A stretch of DNA of 64,000 bases from Dehalococcoidia bacterium (GCA_020634075.1 JACKCJ010000001.1:77016-141015); one strand, 5' to 3'. Shown: positions 11,796-26,949, counted from the first letter of the stretch. Made by a program: numbers and translations. The notes: generated by a model from the letters alone, not told the origin.

Positions 11796-13824
11796 GCGTC
11801 GTCCGCGCGAACGGCCGTTCCGAGGAGCATCCGCCTCCGCGCGTCGTGATCGACGCCGTCCGGCCGGAGGTCGACTCCGGCCGATACCCGGCCAAGACCA
11901 CCGTCGGCGACCGCTTCCGCGTCGTCGCCCACGCGTACGCGGACGGGCATGACCTGGTGGAGGTCGAGCTGCTTCACCGCGTCTCGGGCGACGAGACGTG
12001 GCGCCGCGTTCCGATGACGGCGCTCGGCAACGACGAGTGGGAAGCGACGTTCAGGCCGCGCCACATGGGCGCGCACGAGTACGCCGTGGTCGCCTGGGTC
12101 GATCACTTCGGCTCGTGGCTCGCCGACCTCGAGAAGCGCGTCGAGTCCGGCTGGGACGTCAGCGCCGAGATCGCCGAGGGCGCGCGCTTCCTGCGCGAGA
12201 CCGCCGACCGCGCGCCCGTGGCCGAGGACCACGTGACGCTCCTCGGCGCGGCGACGTGGCTCGAAGACCCCGAGGTGTCCACGGAGCGACGGCTCGAAGT
12301 CGTGCGCGATCCGGACCTGCACCGGGCCGCCTCGGCGTCCCGTGACCGCAATGGCGACACGTCGTACTGGCGCGCCCTCCCGCTGTGGGTGGATCGGGAG
12401 CGAGCCCGCTTCAGCAGCTGGTACGAGATGTTCCCGCGCTCGGCGACGCCCGATCCGGCTCGCGGCGCCACGCTCCGCGAGGCGGCATCCCGGCTACCGG
12501 ACATCGCGGGGATGGGGTTCGACGTCCTCTACCTCCCGCCGATCCACCCGATCGGGACCACCGAGCGCAAGGGCCCGAACAACACCCTCAATCCCTCCGA
12601 GGATGCCCCGGGCAGCCCGTGGGCGATCGGCTCGCACGACGGGGGACACACGGCGGTCGATCCGGGACTCGGCACGGTCGAGGACTTCGAGTGGTTCGTC
12701 GACGAGGCCTCGAAGCACGGACTCGAGGTCGCGCTCGACCTCGCGTTCCAGTGCTCGCCCGATCACCCATGGGTGCGGGAGCACCCCGAGTGGTTCCGTC
12801 ACCGCCCCGACGGCTCGATCCGCTTCGCGGAGAACCCGCCGAAGCAGTACCAGGACATCTACCCGATCAACTTCGAGACGGACGACTGGAAGGCGCTCTG
12901 GACTGAACTCCTGAACGTCACCACGTTCTGGGTCGAGCGGGGCGTGCGCATCTTCCGCGTCGACAACCCGCACACGAAGCCGTTCCCGTTCTGGGAGTGG
13001 CTGATCCGCTCCGTGCACGCCACGCACCCCGAGGTGATCTTCCTCGCCGAGGCGTTCACCCGGCCGAAGCGCATGGCCGGCCTCGCCAAGCTCGGGTTCA
13101 CGCAGTCCTACTCGTACTTCACGTGGCGCAACACGAAGCAGGAACTGACCGACTACTTCCTTGAGCTGACGAGTGCGCCGCTCGCGGACTTCATGCGGCC
13201 GAACCTGTTCGCCAACACGCCCGACATCCTGCACGAGTACCTCCAGGAGGGAGGGCGCCCCGCGTTCCTCGCGCGCCTCACGCTCGCGGCGACGCTCGGG
13301 CCGTCGTACGGCATCTACAGCGGCTTCGAGCTCATCGAACGCACGGCGGCCGAGCCGGGGTCAGAGGAGTACCTGGACTCCGAGAAGTACCAGGTGAAGC
13401 CTCGCGACTGGGACGCACCGGGCAACATCAAGGGTGAGATCCGCCGCCTGAACGAGTTGCGCCAGGAGTTCCCCGCGCTCCAGCACAACCACGAGCTGTG
13501 GTTCCTCCCCGTCCAGAACGACCAACTCATCGCCTACATCAAGTCCGACCCCGGCGGCGACCCGTCCGAGGAGTCGCGCGGTCACGTCCTCACGGTCGTG
13601 AACCTCGACCCCCACGCGGCGCAGCAGGGCTGGGTCGGCGTCCCCCTCGACGCGCTCGGGCTGCGCGGCGCGCCCGCGTTTGCCGTGCGTGAGCTGCTCA
13701 CCGACGAGCGCTACACGTGGACGGGGGAATGGAACTCGATCCGCCTCACGCCGGAACGTCCGATGCAGATCTTCGCGTTCGAGGGCCCCGTCGGGGCGGA
13801 CGACCCCGGAGGGATCGTGCTGCC

Positions 13825-13828
<4 letters not shown>
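11792..13828 (+). CDS. glgE: alpha-1,4-glucan:maltose-1-phosphate maltosyltransferase GlgE
   Basis: ATG overlaps the glgX stop (ATGA). GlgE-specific N-terminal DUF3416 region and a GH13 catalytic core ([10 protein letters not shown]). Confidence 0.85.
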
Positions 13829-17264
<3,436 letters not shown>

Positions 17265-17268
<4 letters not shown>

Positions 17269-19196
17269 CCAGCGTGCTCACGGACTACGACGTGCACCTG
17301 CTCGCCGAGGGCACTCACCTCGAGGCGTACCGCCGGATGGGCGCGCACCCGGCGGAGCGCGATGGTGAGCCCGGCGTCGAGTTCGCCGTCTGGGCGCCCA
17401 ACGCGCGCGCCGTGTCCGTGATCGGCGACTTCAACGGCTGGAACCACGAGGCGACGCCGCTCGAGGTGCGCCCCGGCGCCGGCACCTGGGAGGGATTCGT
17501 CGCCCATCTCCGCCAGGGCGACCGGTACAAGTTCAGCGTGCTCCCCGCGGACGGCGACCGGCGCAGCGAGAAGTCCGATCCGTACGCGTTCTATGCCGAG
17601 CTGCGTCCGCAGACTGCGTCGGTCATCTGGGACCTCGACGGCTACGAGTGGGGCGACGAGACGTGGATGCACGAGCGCGGTCAGCGCAACGGCTACGACG
17701 CGCCGATGTCGATCTACGAGGTGCACCTCGGTTCGTGGGCGCGGTCGCCCGAAGAGAGCAACCGCTGGCTCACCTACCGCGAGATGGGCCCGCGACTGGC
17801 GAGGTACGCCCGGGAGATGGGCTACACGCATGTCGAGCTCTTGCCCGTCGCGGAGCACGCGCTCGACGAGTCATGGGGCTACCTCACCTCCTCGTACTTC
17901 GCGCCCACCGCGCGCTTTGGCACGCCGCAGGACTTCATGTTCTTCGTCGACTGCCTCCACCAGGAGGGCATCGGCGTGATCATGGACTGGGTGCCGGCCC
18001 ACTTCCCGAAGGACGCGCACGGCCTCGGCGTCTTCGACGGCACGCACCTCTACGAGCACGCCGATCCGCGGCTGGGTGAGCACCCGGACTGGGGGACGTA
18101 CGTCTTCAACTACGGGCGGCGCGAGGTCTCGAACTTCCTCCTCGCCAACGCCCTCTTCTGGCTGGACTGCTACCACGTCGACGGGCTCCGCGTGGATGCC
18201 GTCGCGTCGATGCTCTACCGCGACTACTCGCGGCGCGCAGGCGAGTGGGTGCCGAACGAGTACGGCGGACGCGAGAACGTCGAGGCGATCACGCTGCTTC
18301 GACGCCTCAACGAGGCGGTGTACGAGCGCTTCCCGGACGCGATGACGTTCGCGGAGGAGTCGACGGCGTGGCCGATGGTCTCGCGACCGACGTCCGCCGG
18401 CGGCCTCGGCTTTGGCTACAAGTGGAACATGGGCTGGATGCACGACACGCTGCGGTTCTGGCAGCGCGACCCGGTGTATCGCGGCTACGACCTCGGCGAC
18501 CTGACCTTCGGGCTCCTCTACGCGTTCACCGAGAACTTCGTCCTCCCCTTCTCCCACGACGAGGTGGTGCACCTCAAGGGTTCGATGATCCAGAAGATGC
18601 CGGGGGATGACTGGCAGAAGTTCGCGAACCTGCGAACCCTGTACGGGTTCATGTACGCGCACCCCGGCAAGCAGTTGCTCTTCATGGGTGACGACTTCGG
18701 CCAGTGGTCCGAGTGGAACGCCCTCACCAGCCTCGACTGGCACCTCCTCCAGCATCCGCCCCACCAGGGCCTCCAGCGCTGGGTCCGTGCGCTCAACACC
18801 CTGTACCGCGCGCACCCCGCGCTCTGGCAGCAGGACTTCGTCTCCGAGGGCTTCGAGTGGATCAGCGCCTCGGACCACGAGAACGCGGTCATCGCCTTCG
18901 TCCGCAAGGGACTCGACCCGTCCGACTGCGTCCTGGTCGTGTGCAACCTCACGCCCGTCCCGCGGGAGGGCTACCGGCTCGGTGTGCCGCTCCCCGGGCA
19001 ATGGGTGGTGGAGGGGAACAGCGACGAGGCCCGCTTCGGCGGCTCGGGGTATGCGTCTCCGCCCCAGTACGAGAGCGTGCCTGAGCCCTCCCACGGGCGT
19101 GCCCAGTGCGTCGACCTCACCCTGCCGCCGCTGAGCACACTCATCCTGGCTCCGAGCGCGAGCGGCCTGGCCGCGCAGAGCCAGCCCACCCCGTGA
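17265..19196 (+). CDS. glgB: 1,4-alpha-glucan branching enzyme GlgB (short form lacking the N1 domain)
   Basis: GTG at 17265 overlaps the treS stop (GTGA). Motifs [25 protein letters not shown] and [11 protein letters not shown]. Confidence 0.85.
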
Positions 19197-21226
19197 ACGT
19201 CTGTCTCGTCCTCCATGCGCATCAGCCGCCGGGAAACTTCGACTCCGTCTTCGAGCACGGGTTCGAGGTCTGCTACGGCCCCGTCCTCGACCTGATCGAG
19301 GAGCGTCCGGACCTCCGTCTCTCCATGCACTGGTCGGGCTCGCTCCTCGAATGGACCGAGAAGCACCGCCCCGGCCGGATCGACCAGATCCGTCGACTCG
19401 TGCAGCGCGGCCAGGTGGAGGCGGTCGCGGCGGGCATGTACGAGCCGGTGCTCTCGCTGCTGCCGAGGCGAGACCGGGTCGGCCAGTTGAAGGCACACCG
19501 GGCGTACCTCGAGCGGCTGTTCGGCGTCGACGCGACGACCGGCTGGCTCACCGAGCGCGTGTGGGAGCCATCGCTCGCGTCGGACCTCGCCGAGGGCGGC
19601 ATCCGCGCGGTCACGCTCGACGACCGACACTTCTTCTCCGCGGGACTGGCCGACGAGGACCTCGATGTCCCGTACCTGACCGAGCACCAGGGCGCCCCGA
19701 TCGTGGTCGCGCCCGGCCGCGGAGAGATGCGTGCAGCGATCCCCTGGATGCCCGTCGACGAGGCGCTCGACGTCATCCGACGACGAGCCGACGACGGCGC
19801 CGAGGTGCTCGTGTACGGCGATGACATCGAGAAGTTCGGGATGTGGCCGGGCACCCACCGCTCGGTGATCCGAGGGCGGTGGCTCGCGCGCTTTCTCGAT
19901 GGGCTCGCCGCGCTTCAACGCGAGCGCGACGACATTCGCGTGGTCCCGCTCGGCGAAGCAGCCGAGGCGACGAGGCGACCGCGCCGGATCTACATCCCCG
20001 ATGGGTCCTACCCCGAGATGCTCGACTGGTCGCTCACGGCGGACGCGCAACGACGCATCTCCCAGGTGCGGGGGTCGCTCTCGGAGGCGGGCCTCCTCGA
20101 TAGGCTCTCGCCGTACATCCGCCAGGGGCTCTACTTCCAGTTCCTCGCGAAGTACCCCGAGGTGAACCACCTCCACAAGCGCATGCTCGATGTGAGCCGC
20201 CGCGTCGAGCGGCTCCTTCCGCGGCGCGGGCCCTGGGACCCGCAGGCGCTGCCGGAGGCCGTCCGCGAGCTGTGGCGCGCCCAGGCCAACTGCGCCTACT
20301 GGCACGGGCTGTTCGGAGGCGTCTACCTCCCCCACATCCGGCAGCGGCTCTGGTTCCACCTCCTGCGCGCCGAGGACGCCCTTGAGGCAGAGCGAGGGCC
20401 GGGGCGCGTCCTCCGTCGCTTCGACCTCGACGCCGACCGGGAGGACGAGTTCGTGGTCACGACTCCCGAGCTCATCACGGTGATCGATCCGTCCGAGGGC
20501 GCGATCGTCGAGCTGTCACACCGTCCGAGTGGCGTGAACCTCGGCGACACCCTCGCGCGACGCGAGGAGGCGTACCACGAGACCGGCGCGGCGGCGCCGT
20601 ACCCCTACGACCGCGGCCGGCGCGGCATCTTCATCGATCGCTTCCTTCCAGCAGGACGGCCGCCTGCGCGGACAAGCGCAGTCCAGGACCTCGGAGACTT
20701 CGCCGGACAGCCGTACGAGGCCCGCGCCCGGCGTCGCGCCGACCTCGTCGAGGTATCGCTCACGCGGACCGCTGACGCGGCGGGATCGTCCGTGCGCGTC
20801 GACAAGACGCTGCGCGTCGCCACCGAGGAACCAACGGTCGAGGCCAGCTACCGGATTGCTCCCGAGGACGGCGAGTTGGAGGCACGCGTCGCCGTCGAGG
20901 TGAACCTCGCGATGCTCTTCCGCGAGCGGCGCCACGGACAGGCGACGCTCGGCGATCGCCAGGTGGAGTTGCCACGAGGCGGGGCCGCGAGAGGCGTCAC
21001 CTCGGCCGCCCTCGCGATGGACGACATCGCGGTCGGCGTCGGGCTGGCGATCGAGCCGCCGGCCGACATCGATATCCGCCCGATCGAGACAGTGTCCCGC
21101 TCGGAGGGCGGCTTCGAGCGCAGCGCCCAGGAGCTGGCGGTCCTCGTCTCGTGGCCGCTCCGGCTCGTCCCCGGCGAGACCTTCGAGGCAACGGTGCGTC
21201 TCAGCCTCCTCGAGGTCGCGCGATGA
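19193..21226 (+). CDS. glycoside hydrolase family 57 protein (alpha-glucan branching or 4-alpha-glucanotransferase type)
   Basis: GTG at 19193 overlaps the glgB stop. GH57 N-terminal signature (CLVLHAHQP) and WLTERVWEP motif. Confidence 0.75.
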   Translation: MNVCLVLHAHQPPGNFDSVFEHGFEVCYGPVLDLIEERPDLRLSMHWSGSLLEWTEKHRPGRIDQIRRLVQRGQVEAVAAGMYEPVLSLLPRRDRVGQLKAHRAYLERLFGVDATTGWLTERVWEPSLASDLAEGGIRAVTLDDRHFFSAGLADEDLDVPYLTEHQGAPIVVAPGRGEMRAAIPWMPVDEALDVIRRRADDGAEVLVYGDDIEKFGMWPGTHRSVIRGRWLARFLDGLAALQRERDDIRVVPLGEAAEATRRPRRIYIPDGSYPEMLDWSLTADAQRRISQVRGSLSEAGLLDRLSPYIRQGLYFQFLAKYPEVNHLHKRMLDVSRRVERLLPRRGPWDPQALPEAVRELWRAQANCAYWHGLFGGVYLPHIRQRLWFHLLRAEDALEAERGPGRVLRRFDLDADREDEFVVTTPELITVIDPSEGAIVELSHRPSGVNLGDTLARREEAYHETGAAAPYPYDRGRRGIFIDRFLPAGRPPARTSAVQDLGDFAGQPYEARARRRADLVEVSLTRTADAAGSSVRVDKTLRVATEEPTVEASYRIAPEDGELEARVAVEVNLAMLFRERRHGQATLGDRQVELPRGGAARGVTSAALAMDDIAVGVGLAIEPPADIDIRPIETVSRSEGGFERSAQELAVLVSWPLRLVPGETFEATVRLSLLEVAR

Positions 21227-23112
21227 GCGCTCAGTGGCAGCCGAGCCTCGGCGCATGGCCCATCGAGCTCGGCGTCGAGTTTCGCGTGTGGGCTCCCCGC
21301 CCTCGGACGATCGCGCTGGAGGTCGACGGCCGCGAGTACCCGTTGGAGCGCGACGCCGAGGGATTCGCCTCGATCGTCGTGGAGGACGCCCGCGCGGGAT
21401 CGCGGTACGGCTACCGGCTCGACGGTGGGAACGCGTTCCCGGACCCGGCATCGCGATTCCAGCCCGAGGGGGTGCACGCGCTGTCGGAGGTCGTCGATCC
21501 TCGCTTCGAGTGGACCGACGGCGACTGGCGCGGCCTCGATCCGGACGCCGTCACGATCTACGAACTGCACGTTGGCACGTTCACGCCGGAGGGCACGTTC
21601 GCCAGCGCCGCGAATCACCTCGACCACGTCGCCGACCTCGGGGTCACGGCCATCGAGGTGATGCCCGTCGCGGACTTCCCCGGCCGCCGCAACTGGGGCT
21701 ACGACGGGGTGTCGCTCTTCGCGCCCTCGCGGGCGTACGGACGTCCCGAGGACCTCCGCGCCTTCGTCGATCGCGCCCATGCCCTCGGCCTCGGCGTGAT
21801 CCTCGATGTCGTCTACAACCACTTCGGCCCGGACGGCGCCTACCAGGGCGCCTACAGCGACCGCTACTTCACCGAACGCCACCACACCCCGTGGGGCGCG
21901 GCGATCAACCTCGACGCGCCGGGGAGCGATCACGTCCGCGCGTACTTCATCGAGAGCGCCCTGCACTGGCTGCACGAGTACCACGTCGACGGGTTCCGTC
22001 TCGACGCGGTGCACACCCTGATCGACGACAGCCCGCGCCACTTCCTCGCGGAGTTCCGCGACGTGACCGCCGAGTCACGCCGGGAGGGGCAGCCTCCCCC
22101 GTTCCTCCTCGCCGAGGAACACCGCAACCTCGAGATCGTCACGAGGGCGCGGGCGGATGGGGGCTACGGCTTCGACGCCGCCTACTCCGACGACTTCCAC
22201 CACGAGCTCCAGCGCATGCTGACCGGGCACACCGACGGCTTCCTCATCGACTACCGGGGGAGCACCGAGGACGCGGCGGTCGCCCTCGAGACGGGCTGGA
22301 TCTACTCCGGCCAGGCATCCGCCTTTCACGGAGGCGAGCGAGGCACCGACCCGACGGGGCTTCCGCTGCCGCGTTTCATGCACTGTCTCGAGAACCACGA
22401 CCAGGTCGGCAACCGAGCGTTCGGTGAGCGGCTCTTCCACGAGGCGTGGGAGCACTCGTTCCGTGCCGCGACCACCGTGCTCCTGTTCAGCGCGGCGACT
22501 CCGATGCTGTTCCAGGGCGACGAGTGGCTGGCGAGCACGCCCTTCCTCTTCTTCACCGACCACAACGAGGAACTCGGGCGTCTCGTCCGCGAGGGGCGCC
22601 GCAACGAGTTCGGGGCATGGGCGGCGTTCAACGACCCGCGCCTGCGCAACCACATCCCGGACCCGCAGGCTGACGAGACGTACCTGCGGAGCGTCCTCCG
22701 CTGGGACGAACGCGACGAGCCTCGGCACGCCTCGGCGCTCGCACTTCATCGTTCGTTGTTCCGGCTGCGGCGCGGCGAGCCGGCGCTGCGGTGGGGCTCC
22801 GACGCGCACCAGGCGAGCCTGAGCCCCGAGGACGGCAGCATCGTCGTGAGGCGGTCGCGGCCGGGGGCGCGCGACATGCTCCTGCTTGCTCGACTGACCT
22901 CGTCGGGCGGGATCGCCGAGCCGGACATCGACCTCGACACCATCCTCGACCCGCCGCCCGGCGCAGGCTGGGAAGTAGTCCTCACGACCGAGGATGACGG
23001 ACTCGTCGTCGAGCCGATGCCGCCACAGCTCGACGTGGCGGCGCACGGTGCGTGGGCCTACTTCCATCGCCCCGGCGCCGTGATCCTCCGGGCGACCGAG
23101 CCGGCACGGTGA
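21223..23112 (+). CDS. treZ: malto-oligosyltrehalose trehalohydrolase TreZ
   Basis: ATG at 21223 overlaps the GH57 stop (ATGA). Motifs IYELHVGTFTPEGTF, GFRLDAVH and HDQVGNR. Confidence 0.85.
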   Translation: MSAQWQPSLGAWPIELGVEFRVWAPRPRTIALEVDGREYPLERDAEGFASIVVEDARAGSRYGYRLDGGNAFPDPASRFQPEGVHALSEVVDPRFEWTDGDWRGLDPDAVTIYELHVGTFTPEGTFASAANHLDHVADLGVTAIEVMPVADFPGRRNWGYDGVSLFAPSRAYGRPEDLRAFVDRAHALGLGVILDVVYNHFGPDGAYQGAYSDRYFTERHHTPWGAAINLDAPGSDHVRAYFIESALHWLHEYHVDGFRLDAVHTLIDDSPRHFLAEFRDVTAESRREGQPPPFLLAEEHRNLEIVTRARADGGYGFDAAYSDDFHHELQRMLTGHTDGFLIDYRGSTEDAAVALETGWIYSGQASAFHGGERGTDPTGLPLPRFMHCLENHDQVGNRAFGERLFHEAWEHSFRAATTVLLFSAATPMLFQGDEWLASTPFLFFTDHNEELGRLVREGRRNEFGAWAAFNDPRLRNHIPDPQADETYLRSVLRWDERDEPRHASALALHRSLFRLRRGEPALRWGSDAHQASLSPEDGSIVVRRSRPGARDMLLLARLTSSGGIAEPDIDLDTILDPPPGAGWEVVLTTEDDGLVVEPMPPQLDVAAHGAWAYFHRPGAVILRATEPAR

Positions 23113-25625
23113 ACGAGCCCCGCTCACGCGTGCTGAGCACCTACCGGCTCCAGCTCCATGCCGGGTTCACGTTCGACGACGCGCGCGAGGCGCTCCCGTA
23201 CCTCGCCGGCCTCGGCGTCTCGCACCTCTACCTGTCGCCGATCACCCAGGCGGCCCCCGGCAGCACGCACGGCTACGACGTCACCGACCCCACGCAGCTC
23301 AACACTGAGCTGGGGGGCACCGAGGCGTACGAGCGGCTCATCGCAGAGCAGCGCGCGCATGGCCTCGGCCAGATCGTGGACATCGTCCCCAACCACATGG
23401 GGATCGGGCCGAACAGCGGCAACAGCTACTGGGAGGACGTCCTCCGGCACGGGCCCGACTCGCCATACGCCGCCGTCTTCGATGTCGAGTGGGACACGCC
23501 GCCGCGCGGCCGCGTGGTGCTGCCCATCCTCGGCGCGACGCTCGACGACGTCATCGCGCACGGGGACATCGAGGTCGACCGGGACGCCGACGCGCTCGTG
23601 CTGTACGGCAACCCCCTCCCGCTCCGTCCCGGCAGTCTCGAGGAGTGGGGCGACGGCACCGATCTGCGCGACCTCGTCGCGCTGCAGCACTACCGCCTCG
23701 AGTACTGGCGTGCCGGCCAGGAGCGTGTCGACTACCGGCGCTTCTTCGCGATCGACGACCTGATCGGCGTCCGCGCGGAGGATCCCGAGGTCTTCGACCT
23801 GCTGCACCGTCTGCCGCTCGCGCTCGTCGAGCGCGGCGCCGTCGACGGCCTGCGCATCGACCACGTCGACGGCCTCCGCGATCCCGCCGCCTACCTCGCG
23901 AAGCTCCAGGCCCGCCTCGATGAAGCAGGACATCCAGGCGCCTACACCGTGGTCGAGAAGATCCTCGAGGCGGACGAACCGCTGCCGGACTGGGCCTGCG
24001 ACGGCACGACGGGCTACGACGCGATGAACGAGTTCACGCGCGTGCTCGTCGCGGCCAGCGCAGTGGAGTCCTTCGAGGCGATCGATCGAAACGCGACGGG
24101 CCGGGAGACGTCGTACGAAGAGGTCGCCGCCGAGGGACGCGCGCACGTCGTCCGCGACCTCCTCGGGGGACAGTTCGCGCGCCAGGCGCATCGCCTGTTC
24201 GAGGCGTCCCGCCCGCCCGGCGTCTCGGAGCCGGAGTTCACGGACGCGCTCCTCGACCTCCTCGCGCACGTCGAGGTCTACCGCACCTACCACCGCCTCG
24301 ACGAGCTCGATCCGCGGGCGCTCGCCGTCATCGGCGAGGCGGCCGATGCCCTTCTCCGCCGCTCTCCGGAGGCCACGCCCTCACCCGCGATCGAGGCGGC
24401 ACGACGCGTCCTCGCCACGCCGCCGGACGGCGAAGCCCGCGAGGTCGTCCTGTCGCTCCAGCAACTCATGCCGGCGGTGCAGGCGAAAGGCATCGAGGAT
24501 CGCGCCCTCTTCCGCTTCCGCCGCCTGCTCGCCCTGAACGAGGTCGGCGGCGATCCGGCGGCCTTCGGAGAGAGCGTCGAGGAGTTCCACCAACGGATGG
24601 CCGACCGCGCGGCGTCGTGGCCGCGACGGATGCTCGCGACCGCGACGCACGACCACAAGCTCGGTGAGGATGTCCGCGCGCGCCTCGCCGCGCTCTCGGA
24701 GGTACCCGAACTCTGGGGCGAAACCGTCGCCCGCGCGTTCGCGGTCTTCGACCGGCTGCAGGCGGAGTCGACTGATGTTGCCTCCGTGCACCCGTCCGAC
24801 CTCTACCTCCTGCTCCAGGCGATCGTCGGCGCCAGTCCCGAGGGCATGACGCAGGGGCGCTCCGACGATGACGCCTTCGCCGACCGCCTGGTCGCTTACG
24901 TGGTCAAGGCGCTCCGCGAGGCCGATGAGCGCACCTCGTGGGTCGGCGGAGACGAGGGCTACGAAGCCCGCGTGGCGAGCCTGGCCCGACGTGCGCTCGA
25001 CGATGACGGCCTGCGTGAGGCGCTCGCTCCGGTCATGCGCCTGGTCGTCCCTGCCGGCGCGATCAATGGACTCGCTCAGACGCTCCTCAAGCTCGCGGGG
25101 CCCGGTGTGCCAGACACGTACCAGGGCAACGAGCTGTGGGACCTCTCGCTCGTCGACCCCGACAACCGCCGCGCCGTCGACTTCGACCTGCGTCGCCGGC
25201 TCCTCGCTGAGGTCGACAACGTCGGCCCCGGGGAGCTCCTCGATGCGTGGCGAGACGCGCGGATCAAGCTCCGGCTGACCTCCGCCGTGCTGCGGACGCG
25301 GCGGGAGCATCACGCGCTGTTCCTTGACGGCTCGTACGAACCGCTGACGGCCGTTGGCGCGCGTGCGGAGCATGTCCTGAGCTACGCGAGGACCTCGGGA
25401 GACGACATCGCGGTCGCCGTCGCCCCGCGCTTCACCTCGGCGCTCAACGCGCCCGACGGGCGTTTCTGGGCGCCCGACTGGGCCATGACCGCGCTCGACC
25501 TGACGCAGTACGAGGTGGATGGGTGGCGCGAAGTCGTCACCGGCAGGTCGATCGCGGGCTCCAGCCTCGAGGAGATCCTCGGGCCGTTCCCGGTCGCGCT
25601 ACTGCTCGGCCGGCGCGTGCGCTGA
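23109..25625 (+). CDS. treY: malto-oligosyltrehalose synthase TreY
   Basis: GTG at 23109 overlaps the treZ stop (GTGA). Motifs STYRLQLH, IVDIVPNHMG and GLRIDHVDGL. Confidence 0.85.
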   Translation: MNEPRSRVLSTYRLQLHAGFTFDDAREALPYLAGLGVSHLYLSPITQAAPGSTHGYDVTDPTQLNTELGGTEAYERLIAEQRAHGLGQIVDIVPNHMGIGPNSGNSYWEDVLRHGPDSPYAAVFDVEWDTPPRGRVVLPILGATLDDVIAHGDIEVDRDADALVLYGNPLPLRPGSLEEWGDGTDLRDLVALQHYRLEYWRAGQERVDYRRFFAIDDLIGVRAEDPEVFDLLHRLPLALVERGAVDGLRIDHVDGLRDPAAYLAKLQARLDEAGHPGAYTVVEKILEADEPLPDWACDGTTGYDAMNEFTRVLVAASAVESFEAIDRNATGRETSYEEVAAEGRAHVVRDLLGGQFARQAHRLFEASRPPGVSEPEFTDALLDLLAHVEVYRTYHRLDELDPRALAVIGEAADALLRRSPEATPSPAIEAARRVLATPPDGEAREVVLSLQQLMPAVQAKGIEDRALFRFRRLLALNEVGGDPAAFGESVEEFHQRMADRAASWPRRMLATATHDHKLGEDVRARLAALSEVPELWGETVARAFAVFDRLQAESTDVASVHPSDLYLLLQAIVGASPEGMTQGRSDDDAFADRLVAYVVKALREADERTSWVGGDEGYEARVASLARRALDDDGLREALAPVMRLVVPAGAINGLAQTLLKLAGPGVPDTYQGNELWDLSLVDPDNRRAVDFDLRRRLLAEVDNVGPGELLDAWRDARIKLRLTSAVLRTRREHHALFLDGSYEPLTAVGARAEHVLSYARTSGDDIAVAVAPRFTSALNAPDGRFWAPDWAMTALDLTQYEVDGWREVVTGRSIAGSSLEEILGPFPVALLLGRRVR

Positions 25626-26447
25626 GTCGAACCGCCGACCCGTCGACCAGGACCGAGGCATGACGAGGCCCGGTGGCGCCACGAGGCGTTCCGGAAGGTG
25701 CGGCAACACGGCGCGACTCAGACGCTCCGCCGCTACGAGCGTCCTCGCGCGACGTCGTCCCCAACTGAGGCCGTAGGCCTCCCTCAGACGTCGGGGCAGG
25801 AGGCCCGCCGTGAGCTCGCGCATGAGCGGCATCGCCGGCGAGAGCCAGGGCGCGTCCGGCAACGGCGCGAAGAGGTCAGATGCGATTTGCCTCGCCGCGT
25901 CCGTCACCTCGACGGAGCGCACCATCGCGTGCATGTAGCTTTCGAACACATCGACGGTCGCCGGCATAGCAGCCGCCGGAAGCCCGATCCACTCACCTAG
26001 CTGACACATCTCGCGGTAGTAGGCGGCGACCGTGACTGCCGGGATCGGGCCGACGAACCGTCGGTACGTGATAAGCGATGTGTCGATCAGGGTGGCAAGC
26101 ACCCACCGCTGGAGTTCCTCGTCATCGGCGCTGTAGCCTTCGCCCACGACGAAGCGATGGGCCGCGCGCACGGACTCCGCGGCGTGGCGTGCCTCCTCGG
26201 GCGTACCGAACGCGATGGCATACATGGGACGCAGCGTGCCGAGGAGCCGGCCGAGGCGATCCTCGCGGTACCCGGAGTGCTCGGCGACGCCCCGCGCGAC
26301 CAGTGGATGGGCGACCTGCATGAGGAGCGCCCGCCCTCCCCCGAGGATGAGCACGCCCTGCGAGTGGAGCCGTCGCACCGCCGGGAAGTCCGGGGCGCGC
26401 TCCGGCATTGGAGCGGGCGAGGCGGCGTCAGGAATCGGCGCGCCCAT
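25599..26447 (-). CDS. oxygenase MpaB-family protein (DUF2236)
   Basis: 282 aa with the characteristic LMQVAHPLVARGV...HRFVVGEGYSADDEELQRWV region of DUF2236. Its 3' end overlaps the treY 3' end by 27 bp (convergent). Confidence 0.6.
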   Translation of the reverse strand: MGAPIPDAASPAPMPERAPDFPAVRRLHSQGVLILGGGRALLMQVAHPLVARGVAEHSGYREDRLGRLLGTLRPMYAIAFGTPEEARHAAESVRAAHRFVVGEGYSADDEELQRWVLATLIDTSLITYRRFVGPIPAVTVAAYYREMCQLGEWIGLPAAAMPATVDVFESYMHAMVRSVEVTDAARQIASDLFAPLPDAPWLSPAMPLMRELTAGLLPRRLREAYGLSWGRRRARTLVAAERLSRAVLPHLPERLVAPPGLVMPRSWSTGRRFDSAHAPAEQ

Positions 26448-26949
26448 CGAGCAGCCCGCGGAGATAGGCGATCTGGGCGCCGTGATGAGCCACGTGATGG
26501 ATGAGGCTGTTCAGGCGCACTCCCACGGTGGGGCGTGGCGTCCACTGCGGCTCGTCCAGCTCGCGATCGAGGTCGGCGTCGGAGAGCGTCGCCACGTATC
26601 GGTCGGTCCGGTCCGCGACGGCGCGGTAGTACTCGCGCAGGGACTGCACCGAGGGCGGATGGACCTCGTTCACCTGCTCGAGACTGTTGCCGGTGCCGAA
26701 GTTGTCGCCCTCGGGTGGCATCCCGAAGCGCTCGTGGAAGCCCTCGGCCGTCCAGAGCTGCTCCTCGCCCATCAGGTCGGCCACGTGCATGTCCTCGACG
26801 CGTCCGATGTGCCAGGCCATCCAGCCGATCGGGTTCGCCTCGGGCGATGGCCGATACGCGAGGTCGCTGTCGTCGAGACCATCCAGCGCCCGCTCCACGA
26901 CCCCCCGGCCGCGGCTGATGCCGTCCTCGATCACTGCGCGTGCGTCCAT
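26428..26949 (-). CDS. DinB/YfiT-family (DinB_2) metal-dependent protein
   Basis: 173 aa. DinB-like four-helix-bundle His triad region (AWHIGRVEDMHV ... HHVAHHGAQIAYLRG). Confidence 0.65.
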   Translation of the reverse strand: MDARAVIEDGISRGRGVVERALDGLDDSDLAYRPSPEANPIGWMAWHIGRVEDMHVADLMGEEQLWTAEGFHERFGMPPEGDNFGTGNSLEQVNEVHPPSVQSLREYYRAVADRTDRYVATLSDADLDRELDEPQWTPRPTVGVRLNSLIHHVAHHGAQIAYLRGLLDGRADS

